A stretch of 43,020 nucleotides of DNA from an archaeon (GTDB lineage Archaea; Aenigmatarchaeota; Aenigmatarchaeia; QMZP01), in NCBI GenBank assembly GCA_035256265.1, contig DATEYJ010000020.1, positions 1 through 43,020 on the forward strand, read 5' to 3'. The translations under genes and the position numbers were made by a program. Under the pieces are notes generated by a model. That model worked only from the letters and a program-made list of their open reading frames with translations. It did no database searches and was not told where the DNA came from. Each line of letters begins with the position of its first letter. The first letter of the stretch is position 1. Shown in pieces: positions 1 to 9,900 of this stretch.

Positions 1-120
1 TTTACCGTTGGTAGCGATTGTGGCATCTTCCATTCTTAGTCCAGAATTCTCTATATAGTCATAGGCCTTTTTGTATTTAGGATTCAAAATAGGATTCAAA
101 ATCTTCTTTATAATTGACAT
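1..120 (-). CDS. hypothetical protein, N-terminal fragment (gene runs off the left edge)
   Basis: ATG at 120 on the minus strand, open to position 1 (MSIIKKILNPILNPKYKKAYDYIENSGLRMEDATIATNGK...). No motif recognised. Absent from the ORF track because it is truncated. Confidence 0.3.
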   Translation of the reverse strand, partial: MSIIKKILNPILNPKYKKAYDYIENSGLRMEDATIATNGK

Positions 121-191
121 ATTCCCACCGAAGCATCATAACTAGTATGACCAGCTTAAAAAGCCAGATGTTGACAACATCGTCAAGGTTT

Positions 192-1094
192 TCAATTCCC
201 TGAAAGCAGCACCACCCTGCTCTCCTTCTGCTCATCCCTGTACCCGTATCCGGACTGCTTAGAAATCTCCTCTGAGAAGGCCTTCACCTCCTGGTGGGTG
301 GGCATGGTGTCTCTTGGAAGGCGCTTCTGGGACTCGCCCACATGCACATAGCCCTTTGCCTCCACAAAATCCGGATTTGCTTTGTGTATGAGTTTTGCAT
401 ACTTCTCGGGGAAGTGCATGTTCCAGCCTTTCACGAGAGTAAGGCGGAGCACCTTCCTGCATGAGAAGGAATCCATGAGCTCCAGGGATTTGTTAAGCCT
501 TTCCCAGAAATCCGGAAGGGACGGCTGGTCTATCTTCCTGTAGGAATCCTTGTCAGGGGCGTCCAGGGAGATGTAAAGGTTAGTGGGCTCTGTTATCTTT
601 TCTAGGGCTTCTGGAAACTGACCATTGGTAACGAGGAATGTGGAGAACCTGAGCCTGTGGAATTCCTCTATAAGGCCGGAGAGCTTGGGATATAGCGTGG
701 GCTCCCCAACAAGGGATATGGCCGCATTATTAGGGTTTTGGGCCTCCTTCCACTTCTTCAGGTTCACACCCTCATAGCCCTTGAACCCGGAGATGAGCTG
801 CCTCTGAGCGGTTATGGAATCCTCTATTATCTTTTCCGGAGGGTCTATCTTGTCCACCTTTATCTTGGTTTTTTCCACAACCCTCCAGCAGAATTTGCAG
901 GAGTTACAGCAGAAAAGCCAGGGTGTCATCTGCATGCATCTGTGTGACTGGATACCATAGAACTTCTGCTTGTAGCAGAATCCGGAGTCGCGCATGGACT
1001 TCCTGAGCCAGAAGCACAGCTTCACAGCCGAGTGGTTTCCTATAACTTTGTAATGCTGGTGGACAAGCTCCTTTCTCAGGCTAGGAGGGATCAT
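192..1094 (-). CDS. taw1: tRNA 4-demethylwyosine synthase, radical SAM (Taw1/TYW1 family)
   Basis: 300-aa ORF. It has HSAVKLCFWLRKS...CYKQKFYGIQSHRCMQMTP and the radical-SAM cysteine motif CNSCKFCWR typical of archaeal Taw1. Its ATG overlaps the upstream stop (ATGA at 1091-1094). Confidence 0.85.
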   Translation of the reverse strand: MIPPSLRKELVHQHYKVIGNHSAVKLCFWLRKSMRDSGFCYKQKFYGIQSHRCMQMTPWLFCCNSCKFCWRVVEKTKIKVDKIDPPEKIIEDSITAQRQLISGFKGYEGVNLKKWKEAQNPNNAAISLVGEPTLYPKLSGLIEEFHRLRFSTFLVTNGQFPEALEKITEPTNLYISLDAPDKDSYRKIDQPSLPDFWERLNKSLELMDSFSCRKVLRLTLVKGWNMHFPEKYAKLIHKANPDFVEAKGYVHVGESQKRLPRDTMPTHQEVKAFSEEISKQSGYGYRDEQKESRVVLLSGN

Positions 1095-1723
1095 TTGAAG
1101 ACCTCTCCCGTTTCCTCTGACCAGAAAAGGAGGTCAAGCTCGTCCATGGGGATTCCTATGCTGGCTGAGAATTCCAGCATGCGGGATTCTATTTCCTTGT
1201 ATTTTTTGGGAGTGAGGGATTTCGGAAGCTCTTTTATCGCTCCGTGCCTTTGGAGGTTCCTAAGGATGTGCCTGTCCAGGATGGCTATGCCCTGGCCGAG
1301 GCCTATGTTGCGCAGGAAGTGGGAGGCCTCCTTGTAACCTATGCCCTTCACGTTCTCCACTATCCATTCCCTCATGTCATAGGGCGTGCCGAGCTCGAGC
1401 AGCCTCTTCTTTATGGCAAGCCTTCCGTTCTCCGTGAAGAGGTCCCTTGCATGGAGGATGTAACCTGATTTGTTGTTGTGGAAGCGGACCTTCTTGTGGA
1501 GGGTCTTCCTTATCTCAGGGAGGGAGCCTGAATAGAGGAGGCCCGAGGTCTGGAGCTCCGAGACGGCGGACCAGCAGGACTGGGCCTTGGACTGGGGGGT
1601 GCAGAAGCAGAAGGCCAGCTCCGCGAATATCCTCTCGTCAGGCCCGTTCCAGACGGCCTGGAACTCGAGAAGCCTCTGCCTTATCTTTCTCTTCCTAGAC
1701 CGGTAGGATTTTTGGAGGTCCAT
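1091..1723 (-). CDS. ogg: 8-oxoguanine DNA glycosylase/AP lyase, archaeal Ogg2-type (HhH-GPD)
   Basis: 210 aa. Contains the HhH-GPD signature region VKGIGYKEASHFLRNIGLGQGIAILDRHIL and the C-terminal LDLLFW. Length and motifs match M. jannaschii-type Ogg. Confidence 0.85.
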   Translation of the reverse strand: MDLQKSYRSRKRKIRQRLLEFQAVWNGPDERIFAELAFCFCTPQSKAQSCWSAVSELQTSGLLYSGSLPEIRKTLHKKVRFHNNKSGYILHARDLFTENGRLAIKKRLLELGTPYDMREWIVENVKGIGYKEASHFLRNIGLGQGIAILDRHILRNLQRHGAIKELPKSLTPKKYKEIESRMLEFSASIGIPMDELDLLFWSEETGEVFK

Positions 1724-1727
1724 AAGT

Positions 1728-2378
1728 TCACTTTTTAGGATTGAGATTCTTATTAGGATAATCGCACAGCCTGACTATCGGGCACTTCCAGCATAAGGGT
1801 TTTATGGGCTGGCACATCCTCTGGCCGAACTTCACGAAGAGCTCGTTGAAGTCCACCCAGTATTTCCGCGGGATTATCTTCACCAGCTCAGACTCAGTCT
1901 GCTCGGGAGTCTTTGTCTTCACAAAACCTATGCGATTCGAGATCCTGTGCACATGTGTGTCCACGGGTATTGCGGGGAGCCTGTAGGCGTAGACAAGCAC
2001 GCAATTCGCAGTCTTCCTTCCCACTCCGGGAAGGCTCATGAGCTTCTGGAAATCATGAGGGACCTTGCCTTTGTATTTTTCCACAAGTATTCTGCTGATT
2101 TCGCGGATGCGGAGGGCCTTGGTCTTGTAGAAGCCGCTGGGCTTTATGAGAGACTCTATCTCTTTCAGAGGGGCCTGGGAAAGCTGCTTGGGATTTCTGA
2201 ATCTGGAGAAAAGCGCCTCAGAAGCTTTCTCCGTGTTCTCGTCCCGCGTGCGCTGGGAGAGCACGGTGGAGATAAGGACCTGGAAAGGGTTCTCCCTGGA
2301 GACTGTGGCTTTTGTCATTCCCAGGTATATCCTTATGGCTTTCAGGATAAGGGCTGTCTCTTTCGCGGTCTTGGGCAT
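1728..2378 (-). CDS. nth: endonuclease III (Nth), HhH-GPD with a 4Fe-4S loop
   Basis: Motifs LISTVLSQRTRDE, LPGVGRKTANCVL, PVDTHVHRISNRIG and the C-terminal cluster CQPIKPLCWKCPIVRLC. Start moved to the internal MPKTAKE at 2378, because the upstream 33 codons of the ORF overlap the desulforedoxin gene in another frame. Confidence 0.9.
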   Translation of the reverse strand: MPKTAKETALILKAIRIYLGMTKATVSRENPFQVLISTVLSQRTRDENTEKASEALFSRFRNPKQLSQAPLKEIESLIKPSGFYKTKALRIREISRILVEKYKGKVPHDFQKLMSLPGVGRKTANCVLVYAYRLPAIPVDTHVHRISNRIGFVKTKTPEQTESELVKIIPRKYWVDFNELFVKFGQRMCQPIKPLCWKCPIVRLCDYPNKNLNPKK

Positions 2379-2383
2379 GAGAA

Positions 2384-2509
2384 TCACTTCTTTATCAGCT
2401 GCATGGGCTCCCCGCAGCACACGAGCTCGCCGCCGCCTGCTTTTGTTACCACGACCTCGTTCCCGCATATGTCGCAACGGTATTTTTCGCCTACTTTGTT
2501 CACTCCCAT
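2384..2509 (-). CDS. desulforedoxin-like small Fe(Cys)4 protein (41 aa)
   Basis: Hand-translated; below the ORF-track size cut-off. Sequence is [41 protein letters not shown]. The pattern Y-x-C-x-x-CG...GGG-x-LVCCGE-x-M matches D. gigas desulforedoxin. A GGGGTGA Shine-Dalgarno-like motif lies 5 nt upstream. The stop is 5 nt before the nth start. Confidence 0.75.
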   Translation of the reverse strand: MGVNKVGEKYRCDICGNEVVVTKAGGGELVCCGEPMQLIKK

Positions 2510-2521
2510 AAGTTTCACCCC

Positions 2522-2785
2522 TTAAACAGGATAGCTGTTCTTTATTTTCTTCCGCTCAGCAAAATCCTTTAGTTTAGAATATCCTTCCACTCTTATTGCA
2601 GTTGTTTGCATTGGGAACACGCCGCTTGTATTATGTGATGTTTTGTATATCTTGCCTTCAAAGGGATAGAAAAAATCGTAAGCGTTGGTGTCCATCCTGT
2701 CCACATCTCTCTGCATTTTTACGTATATAGAGAAAGTGTCTCTTGAGCGGGCTATATACTTTCTTCTTGAAATTTGTCTTCCCAT
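2522..2785 (-). CDS. hypothetical protein (87 aa)
   Basis: ORF only. Visibly AT-richer than its neighbours. No motif recognised. Confidence 0.4.
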   Translation of the reverse strand: MGRQISRRKYIARSRDTFSIYVKMQRDVDRMDTNAYDFFYPFEGKIYKTSHNTSGVFPMQTTAIRVEGYSKLKDFAERKKIKNSYPV

Positions 2786-2797
2786 AAAAACCGCCTT

Positions 2798-3547
2798 TTA
2801 CTCTTCCACTCTGGGCGCGAGTATGAAGCTTAAGTACGCTTTGTCCACAGCCCTGAACTCCAGCCTCATGGGATAGTCGTTCCCGAACTCCAGGACAGTG
2901 TGCTTGGAGAGCTTTGCAGCCTTCACCATCTTCTTGAGGTACTCGAGAGGGTAGCGCGCGCGGAGGTTGCTGGTCGCATGAAGCTTGAGCATGGCCGAAT
3001 CCTTCTTCGCCATCTCGAGCTCAGTGGAGGAGACGTCGCCCTTGGAGTATATCCTGAAGAATTCCGGGGTAGCCTCGAATATGACAGAATCCCCCACTAT
3101 ATCGGCGTCCGCTATCCCGTCCTCCACAACGGCGGATTCAATCTCAATCCGGCCGGGGAAGTTGAGCTGGTCCACTGGGGGCTTCTCGTCCTTTATGTCA
3201 AGCAGGGGTATTTCGAATACGCGCTTGCCGTTGCCTTCCACAGTCACCTTGAGCCTGGTGCTGTCCTTCGCGAGCTCGAGCGTCACATGGTCGGAGCCCT
3301 TTATCCTCTTTATCACATTCACGAGGTTGGCGAGGTTGAGGCCGAGGGATGTATCGGATTCCACCTCATATTTCTCGAAGGCTGTGGAAGGGAGGCGGAA
3401 ATCCACCACAGAAACCATGGTCCTGTCCGGTGCGAGGAGGCTTATGCCGTTCTTGTCCACCTTGAAAACGCCTTCGTCTATTATCTCCGCTATTATGGGA
3501 ATAGTGTTTTTTAGAAGCTCCACATCGGTCAAGACTATCTTGAACAT
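2798..3547 (-). CDS. pcn: DNA polymerase sliding clamp PCNA
   Basis: 249 aa. Typical archaeal PCNA throughout, from MFKIVLTDVELLKNTIPIIAEIIDEGVFKVDKNGISLLAPD to YPMRLEF...LSFILAPRVEE. Confidence 0.95.
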   Translation of the reverse strand: MFKIVLTDVELLKNTIPIIAEIIDEGVFKVDKNGISLLAPDRTMVSVVDFRLPSTAFEKYEVESDTSLGLNLANLVNVIKRIKGSDHVTLELAKDSTRLKVTVEGNGKRVFEIPLLDIKDEKPPVDQLNFPGRIEIESAVVEDGIADADIVGDSVIFEATPEFFRIYSKGDVSSTELEMAKKDSAMLKLHATSNLRARYPLEYLKKMVKAAKLSKHTVLEFGNDYPMRLEFRAVDKAYLSFILAPRVEE

Positions 3548-3597
3548 ACAGCACCCCCCTCATCAAATTCAAATTATCATTCATTTATGGATTAAAT

Positions 3598-3948
3598 TTA
3601 TAAGCTGCCTGAGAGTTCCCTCATTCTCTTGAGCAGCTCCCTGTCCATGCCCCTCATGTCCTGGACTATCTCCCCCTGGAGCTCGAAGCCGTTCTCTATG
3701 GGCATCACCCTGCCGAAGACCCTGACGATCTGGTCGGTCTCCACCTCAACGGGGCTGTCGAAGCCTATGGTTATCTTACCCGTCCCGTCATCCAGGATTA
3801 TGCTCTCCTCCTGCTTGTCTATCACGGTCCCAATAAGGCTCACGCGCATGTCCTCTGCCATTATCCCGGATATGCGCCTCTCCACGGAAGGGATTCTCCT
3901 TTTTACAAAGCCCTCCCGGGGCTCCATGAAATCCTTGAGCTCCACCAT
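3598..3948 (-). CDS. OB-fold nucleic-acid-binding protein (small RPA-associated-like)
   Basis: 116 aa. Beta-rich core MRVSLIGTVIDKQEESIILDDGTGKITIGF...IVRVFGRV, typical of an OB fold. Lies next to PCNA. Exact family not determined. Confidence 0.55.
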   Translation of the reverse strand: MVELKDFMEPREGFVKRRIPSVERRISGIMAEDMRVSLIGTVIDKQEESIILDDGTGKITIGFDSPVEVETDQIVRVFGRVMPIENGFELQGEIVQDMRGMDRELLKRMRELSGSL

Positions 3949-4067
3949 GGAAATCCTCTATTGGATGTAGGCGGGCAAATCCGCCCAACTTAACTTATAT
4001 GTAGAGCCTTATGATTTATAAGTTTGAACGGCAAATAATCGCAACTATTAGCGGAAACGGTGTTCTG

Positions 4068-5363
4068 ATGGAGAGGACTTACACGAAGGATTTGCAGGAT
4101 GGGAAGAAGGCCTTCCTGAAGGGCTGGGTGGGCCAGATAAGGGATCTTGGAGGCCTGAAGTTCATAATACTCAGGGACAGGGAGGGCTCTGTCCAGATAA
4201 CGCTCAAGAAGGCAGAGACTGACAGGAAAATCCTGGAAAGAGCGGACTCCCTTGTGAGGGAGGACTGCATAGCTGTCATGGGAATGGTCAGGAAATCCAG
4301 CCAGGCTCCGGGAGGGAAGGAGGTCGTGCCGGAGAGCCTGGAGATAGTGAGCAAGGCGAAGACGCCTCTTCCCATAGAGACTTCTGACAAGATAATAACT
4401 GGCCTGGACAAGCGGTTCGACTACAGGTTCATGGACCTGAGGAACCCCAAGGTACGCGCCATCTTCAGGGTGAAGGACATATCCCTTACCTACATGAGGG
4501 AATACTTTGAGAGGAAGGCTGGGTTCGTGGAGGTGCACACCCCTGTCATACAGGCGGCAGGAGCGGAAGGCGGAGCCACGCTCTTCCCCATGATATACTA
4601 CCAGAGGGAGGCCTTCCTCAGGCAGAGCCCGCAGCTCTACAAGCAGATGCTCATGTCATCCAGCCTGGACAGGATATATGAGATAGGGCCTGTCTTCAGG
4701 GCTGAGAAGTTCCACACGCGCAGGCATGTCTCAGAGTACCTGTCCGTGGACATGGAGATGGCCTGGATAGACTCGGAGGAGGATGTCCTGAAGATCGCGG
4801 AGGGCCTTGTGGAGCACACCATAAGGGGCATAAAGAAGGAGTGCAAGGCCGAGATAGAGGTCTTCGGCGCGGATGTGAAGGTCCCCGAGCTTCCCTTCAA
4901 GAGGCTCACCTATGATGACGTGATAGGCATGCTCAACAAGCACGGGCTGAAGAAGGAGTGGGGAGACGACCTGGATGACCCGGACGAGAAGCTGCTCGGG
5001 GAGATAATGCAGAAGAAAGGGCATGAGTGGTATTTCATAACGAAATACCCGTCCAAAATCAAGCCCTTCTACATAATGATGGACGGACGGCTTTCCAGGG
5101 GCATGGACCTGGACTGCAGGGGCCTGGAGATAGCCTCGGGAGGCCAGAGGGAGCACAGGCATGACCATCTCGTGAAGGTCATGAGGGAGAAAGGCCTTGA
5201 TCCGCACAAGTTCGAGTTCTACCTCTCCGCGTTCCAGTACGGGATGCCTCCCCACGGAGGCTTCGGCCTGGGCTCTGAGAGGCTTGTCCAGCAGGCCCTG
5301 GGGATAGAGAACATAAAGGAGATAATACTGTTCCCAAGGACTCCGGAGAGGCTGGTGCCTTAG
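4068..5363 (+). CDS. aspS: aspartyl-tRNA synthetase, archaeal type (class IIb)
   Basis: N-terminal OB domain (GWVGQIRDLGGLKFIILRDREG). Class II motifs FRAE...R, QSPQLYKQ and GGFGLGSERL. Start placed at the internal MERTYTKDL (4068) rather than the ORF start at 4011. Confidence 0.93.
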   Translation: MERTYTKDLQDGKKAFLKGWVGQIRDLGGLKFIILRDREGSVQITLKKAETDRKILERADSLVREDCIAVMGMVRKSSQAPGGKEVVPESLEIVSKAKTPLPIETSDKIITGLDKRFDYRFMDLRNPKVRAIFRVKDISLTYMREYFERKAGFVEVHTPVIQAAGAEGGATLFPMIYYQREAFLRQSPQLYKQMLMSSSLDRIYEIGPVFRAEKFHTRRHVSEYLSVDMEMAWIDSEEDVLKIAEGLVEHTIRGIKKECKAEIEVFGADVKVPELPFKRLTYDDVIGMLNKHGLKKEWGDDLDDPDEKLLGEIMQKKGHEWYFITKYPSKIKPFYIMMDGRLSRGMDLDCRGLEIASGGQREHRHDHLVKVMREKGLDPHKFEFYLSAFQYGMPPHGGFGLGSERLVQQALGIENIKEIILFPRTPERLVP

Positions 5364-6955
5364 CCAGATAAACAGGCAGAAACTGGTGGCAAATCTGGCT
5401 TCTTTTTTACTTGCATGGTGAAGGGCTTTTTCTTTTCCCTTCTCCTGAGAATCACTACTGTCCCTGCTATGACAGTTCCCGTGAGGATTATGGCGAGCCA
5501 GCCCCAGTCAGCAATCATAACTCCCCATGAGGGGCCTTCTCCCGTACATTTGCTGTCCTCGCAGCCTATGGAACATGTCTGCAGTGTTACCCAGTTGTCT
5601 CCCGCATTGCTGCACTGCTGGAGGTCCATGCCTGCGCATCTTCTTTCCCCAGGGTTGCATATCTTGACTATACTCGGACCTGTGCCTGCAGGAGGCTGGG
5701 CTATCCCCATGCTCTCTGCATACAGCTCTGTCTGGAACTGGTCAATAAGGGTGGTGTTCACTTCCTTCCTTATGGAATAGGAAATGCTCACCTCCTGGCC
5801 TGGGGAAAGCTCTGGATATGTGAAAACATACTCCGGATCTGTCTCCACTGTCTCGTAGCCTGAAGCTCCGAGAGCGGTTACTGTTATGTTGGCCGCGTTG
5901 GCCGCGAAGGCTTTGGGAACCTTCTCGTAAACCACGAGGTTCTTTATTATCTCTGCGCCATTGTGCCTGAAGTTGGATGTGAGCGTGGTCGTCCCATTGA
6001 AGGCGCGGATGCTCCTGGCCACGCTTATGTTCGAGGTTATGGACTGGGATAGGCGCATGAGGTTCTGGAAGGCCTCCTGGTCCATATTGCCCTTGGCAAG
6101 CACCTTCTCTATTGCTGCCTGGAGCTTGAGGTTGTTCCTGAGGCCGACGCCTGGCACAAGGACAGGCCTTCTGCTCTCATTCCTTTGGGTCGGGGTGATG
6201 CTGCCCGGTCCGCCTCCGGGGCTGCCCCCTCCTAGGCTGTCTCCCGCAGGGGTTCCTCCCCCGGTAACCGTTATAGATATCGTGTCTGTTGCTGAATCCG
6301 CGTTAGAGGGTGAGGTGGTTATGGTTATGCTCGAGGTGCTCACGCCCGAGAAGGATACTGTCCAGGAAAGCCCCACATTCTCCCCTGAGCCGCCTTCCCC
6401 TCCGGCTATGGTGGATATGGTCTGGGTAGAGCTGCCTGAGGTCAGGGTGGCTCCGGAAGGAAGGGTGAGGTTGACAGCCACGCTCTGGGCGGTCGTCTCC
6501 CCCCAGTTCTGGATGTTCATCTCTATGATGTTGGAGCCGGACGGGTTTGAGTAGGAGGATGGGGTGACTGTGGTTACTATGGAAGGTGGAAGCTTTATGT
6601 CGAACGAGCTGGAGGTCCCTGAGTCCGAGTAGGGAACTGCTGAAACTGCGGAAATGGTCTGCGCGGAAAGCTTCTGGTCCGCAATCACAGTGGTCCAGGA
6701 GACGCTGGTGGTCCCCTCGCTGTAGGTCTTCGTGGAGTTCTCGGAAGAGGAGAAGACGGAGGAGTTCTGGAGGGTGGTGAGGGTGACGCTTCCCGAGCCC
6801 GTAAGCCCGGAAACAGTAACGGTAAACGATTCGCCCTGCATCACGCTTCCGGAATCCGCCCCGAACTGCGAAACCGAGACGGTAAGGGTCGCGGAAGCGC
6901 TGGAGATAAGCATGAAGCATGAAACTGCAGCAATCAGCAAAACGTATTTGCTCAT
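5360..6955 (-). CDS. secreted, C-terminally TM-anchored surface protein (531 aa), Ser/Thr-rich with a Cys-rich stalk
   Basis: True start MSKYVLLIAAVSCFMLISSASA (signal peptide) at 6955, 2 nt after the stop of the 2058-aa gene. Contains S/T-rich beta-type repeats and a Gly/Pro linker GGGTPAGDSLGGGSPGGGPGS. A Cys module CNPGERRCAGMDLQQCSNAGDNWVTLQTCSIGCEDSKC follows, then TM helix WLAIILTGTVIAGTVVIL plus RRREKKK. The upstream 178 codons of ORF 5360..7489 are an out-of-frame overlap with the giant gene. Confidence 0.75.
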   Translation of the reverse strand: MSKYVLLIAAVSCFMLISSASATLTVSVSQFGADSGSVMQGESFTVTVSGLTGSGSVTLTTLQNSSVFSSSENSTKTYSEGTTSVSWTTVIADQKLSAQTISAVSAVPYSDSGTSSSFDIKLPPSIVTTVTPSSYSNPSGSNIIEMNIQNWGETTAQSVAVNLTLPSGATLTSGSSTQTISTIAGGEGGSGENVGLSWTVSFSGVSTSSITITTSPSNADSATDTISITVTGGGTPAGDSLGGGSPGGGPGSITPTQRNESRRPVLVPGVGLRNNLKLQAAIEKVLAKGNMDQEAFQNLMRLSQSITSNISVARSIRAFNGTTTLTSNFRHNGAEIIKNLVVYEKVPKAFAANAANITVTALGASGYETVETDPEYVFTYPELSPGQEVSISYSIRKEVNTTLIDQFQTELYAESMGIAQPPAGTGPSIVKICNPGERRCAGMDLQQCSNAGDNWVTLQTCSIGCEDSKCTGEGPSWGVMIADWGWLAIILTGTVIAGTVVILRRREKKKPFTMQVKKKPDLPPVSACLSG

Positions 6956-6957
6956 TC

Positions 6958-9900
6958 TCACATCACCTTGAACCACATCCCGGTGGTCTCCGTATTGCCG
7001 CCATAAGCGGTCTGTATGTCCGCCATGTATTCCCCTGACCAGGAGCCCTGGGGAATTATAATTATGATCGCGTATCCGTTCTGGTCTGTCTGCGTGACAT
7101 TGGCGGGAAGATTGTAATGGGTTCCCTGCTCCAGCTTCATGAACCCGAAGCCCGGCATGTTCCCCTTTATCGCGGGCACGCTCACGTTCGCCCCCTGTAT
7201 CGGGCTCTGGTCGAAGTTGTAAGCCCTCAGAAGTATGCTTATGTTCCTTGTCCCGTTTATCTCCCACTCGTCCTTGAGCAGGAGCATGTCCGTCCCGTTG
7301 TATTTCTCTATGTTCCACTGCGGCTGGTATTCCCACCTGAGGCCTTCCGTCTGATCGCCGAACCAGATGTTGCCTGACCATATGGAGCTCGGGAGGCTTG
7401 ACCTCTTCTCTCCCAAGCTTCCTGCCTCGTTTCCGTAGAAGTCCTTCTTGTAAACCGCGCTCTGGTTTGTGTTGCTTGAGGACCACCACTCCTCTGTTAT
7501 GTTCAGGTCGTCATCCACTATTATCTGGTTAAGGACCTGCTGGCCGTCATCAAAATCGTCAAATGTCACTGCATAGAACTGGTCGCCCTTATCCCCGTCC
7601 ATGTTCAGGTCCAGGCTCAGGGCGTTTTCATCAAGCAGATTGAAATAGCTGGTGGTGCTGTCCCTTGCCCTTATATCCACTGCAGGCCTTGGAAGGCTTC
7701 CAAGTGAGCTGAAATTGGCTATTATGATGCCTTCCCAGGGCGCAGGACCTACCTTTGCCGCATAGAGCTGGCTGGTAAAGTTTTCCCCTGCATATGCAGG
7801 AACAGCCTGGGAGAAGTTGGCACTCGTGCTGAACCATGCGCGCTTTATGCATTCCTGTATGTTCCAGACTGAGCACATGGGATATTCCATGGTGTCATTC
7901 GCAAGAATCACATTGTAATCCGTCCCGCTTATGTTGAGGCCCATGATAAACCAGACAGGTGATTCTGTCTCCTCTCCGGGCGGGCCCCACGTTTCCACCT
8001 TCACGGGGCTTATCTGGTCATTGAAGTCCTGGCTGTTTATGCCTATTACAACAGAATATGTATAGGCTTCGGCATCCAGCACCCTCACCATGTATTTCCT
8101 CGTGTTCTTGGTGACGTTTATGGCTGGCGCGGTCAAGGCGTCATACTCGGTTGTGTTGGTGGTGAAGTTGCAGTCCCCTGTCTTTATCCATACCCTGCTG
8201 GCATTGGAAGCTGTTATGTAATAATAATACTGGGGGTTCGTGAGCCTGCTGCTCCTGAGAGTGGCATTGGTTTCATTGCTTCCGGCTGCAGAAGGCTCCA
8301 CAAAATTGCATTCGGTCAGGTTTGCCATATTCCCGCCTCCTGCACCTGCAAGGTCCAGCACGCCCTTGAAGAACTTGCTCATATTTGTCCAGTTGACTGT
8401 GTAAAGCTGCATCGGTTCCCCGTAGCTTTCCCAGTCATACCTGCTTATTGGCAGCGGCTTGAATCCGGACACGTATCCTGCCTGGCCTGTGTAGCCGTTT
8501 ACAAGGAATGTCCTCGGGTTCGCCCGCGGCCACTTCCACTCCTCCAGTATCTCCTGGCTGGAGCCCTGGGCTACCCGTACCTCAAACACGTACTCTCCCG
8601 AGCCGAGGCTGTACTGGCTTATGTTGGCTATCCTCACCTCTCCGGTCCCGTTTATTGTGGCATTGGGAACGGATGACCCAAGCCCTTTTATGATGTTCAT
8701 GCCTGCTCCCTTGACCCTTATGTTCGGTATGGAGACGTTTGCCTCTGCCGGAGCGCCGGCGGGTGTCCTCACTATGACTGGTATTGAGATGTTGCCATCC
8801 ATCCTGAAGTCCCCGAGGCTTGCCCAGTCGCCTATCTTTTCCGAGTAGAACCTTGCCCTGTCAGCCCTCGGGTCTATGCTGAGCAGGATTACGGTATCGT
8901 TCAGGCCGAACCTCCTGGCGCTTATGTTCGGGTCGTTCACAGAGATTTCAGTGGAAAAGTTGCTGGTTCCTGTGTGGTTGAAAAAGAAGAAAGTGTCGTA
9001 AATCCCTGCCACGGCGCTGTCCGCTATGGCTATGTAAACCGAGCTGTTCGTGTATCCGTCCCCGTCAAGGTCCAGGCCCCTGCTCTGGCCTGTGCTCCTG
9101 TCCCATCCCCCAAGCCATCGCTCCTCTATCCTTCCCAGCTTTATCACCCCGCTCTTGGATTTGGACACGTTTATATATGCCCCTGTCTGCGGAAGGACGT
9201 TCATCCCGGTTATCTTTACCCTGCTCTTGCTTATTGAGCTGACCTTCCACTGGCCCCCATAGGGATCGCTGAATGTGTCACCCACCGTTCTAGCTGGTCC
9301 CAGCAGGCTCATGTTGGATGAGCTGTTTGAAATCCAGGCATGGGTCGTGTTGTGGTAAAAATAAAGGGAACGCGTCTGGTTTCCTGAGAGCGGCGTGAAC
9401 TCCCCTCCCCTGTCGCCTACGAGGTTCTCAAGGAAGCCGTGGTAGAATGAGGTGTGGCTGGAAGGCGGCCTCATTATGTAGCCGGACTGCTGGCATCCCT
9501 GATCCCCGCAGTTTATCCAGGACTCCCCGCAAACGCCGTCGGTATTGTTGATGTGGAAGGAATTGTTCTGGGGGTCTCCTATTGACACAACCGTCCAGTT
9601 GTTCCCCGCGGCTGAGAAATTGCCACCTGCGCTGATATTCTCCCCGCTTATGCTTAGCATGGTTCCATTGGACGAGACTGTTATGTTCTCCCCATCATCT
9701 GTCCCGCAGCCTTCGGACATCCATTCCCCGGAAGCTCTGATGCAGAATACCCGGATGTTCCATTCTCCCTGAACCCAGTTCCCAGGGAACGTCATCTGGT
9801 TGCTGCACCTGTCCCTGTCGTTGTTTACCTCCACGTCCTTTGAGGACGTCTCGGAGTATCCGACCCAGCCCTCCTCCACGCTGGGTATGCCCACAAGCGT

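Noticed and set aside
3970-3985. Small hairpin GGCGG-GCAAAT-CCGCC between the OB-fold gene and aspS
   Set aside because: The stem is only 5 bp, it is a single copy, and it is unrelated in sequence to the hairpin family. It could arise by chance in a divergent promoter.
4011-4067. Upstream start codons of aspS (4011), plus those of the tRNA-binding protein (27033), porA (40980) and thermosome (35506)
   Set aside because: The extensions add non-conserved residues ahead of the canonical N-termini. TATA spacing or Shine-Dalgarno-like motifs favour the internal ATGs. The alternatives cannot be fully excluded without data.
3990-4538. 182-aa minus-strand ORF overlapping the aspS 5' region
   Set aside because: It is antisense to aspS, His/Leu/Pro-rich and has no motifs.
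6956-7489. N-terminal 178 codons of ORF 5360..7489
   Set aside because: This stretch overlaps the 3' end of the 2058-aa gene in another frame and translates to Arg/Gly/His-rich nonsense. A clean signal peptide begins at the internal Met (6955), 2 nt after the upstream stop.
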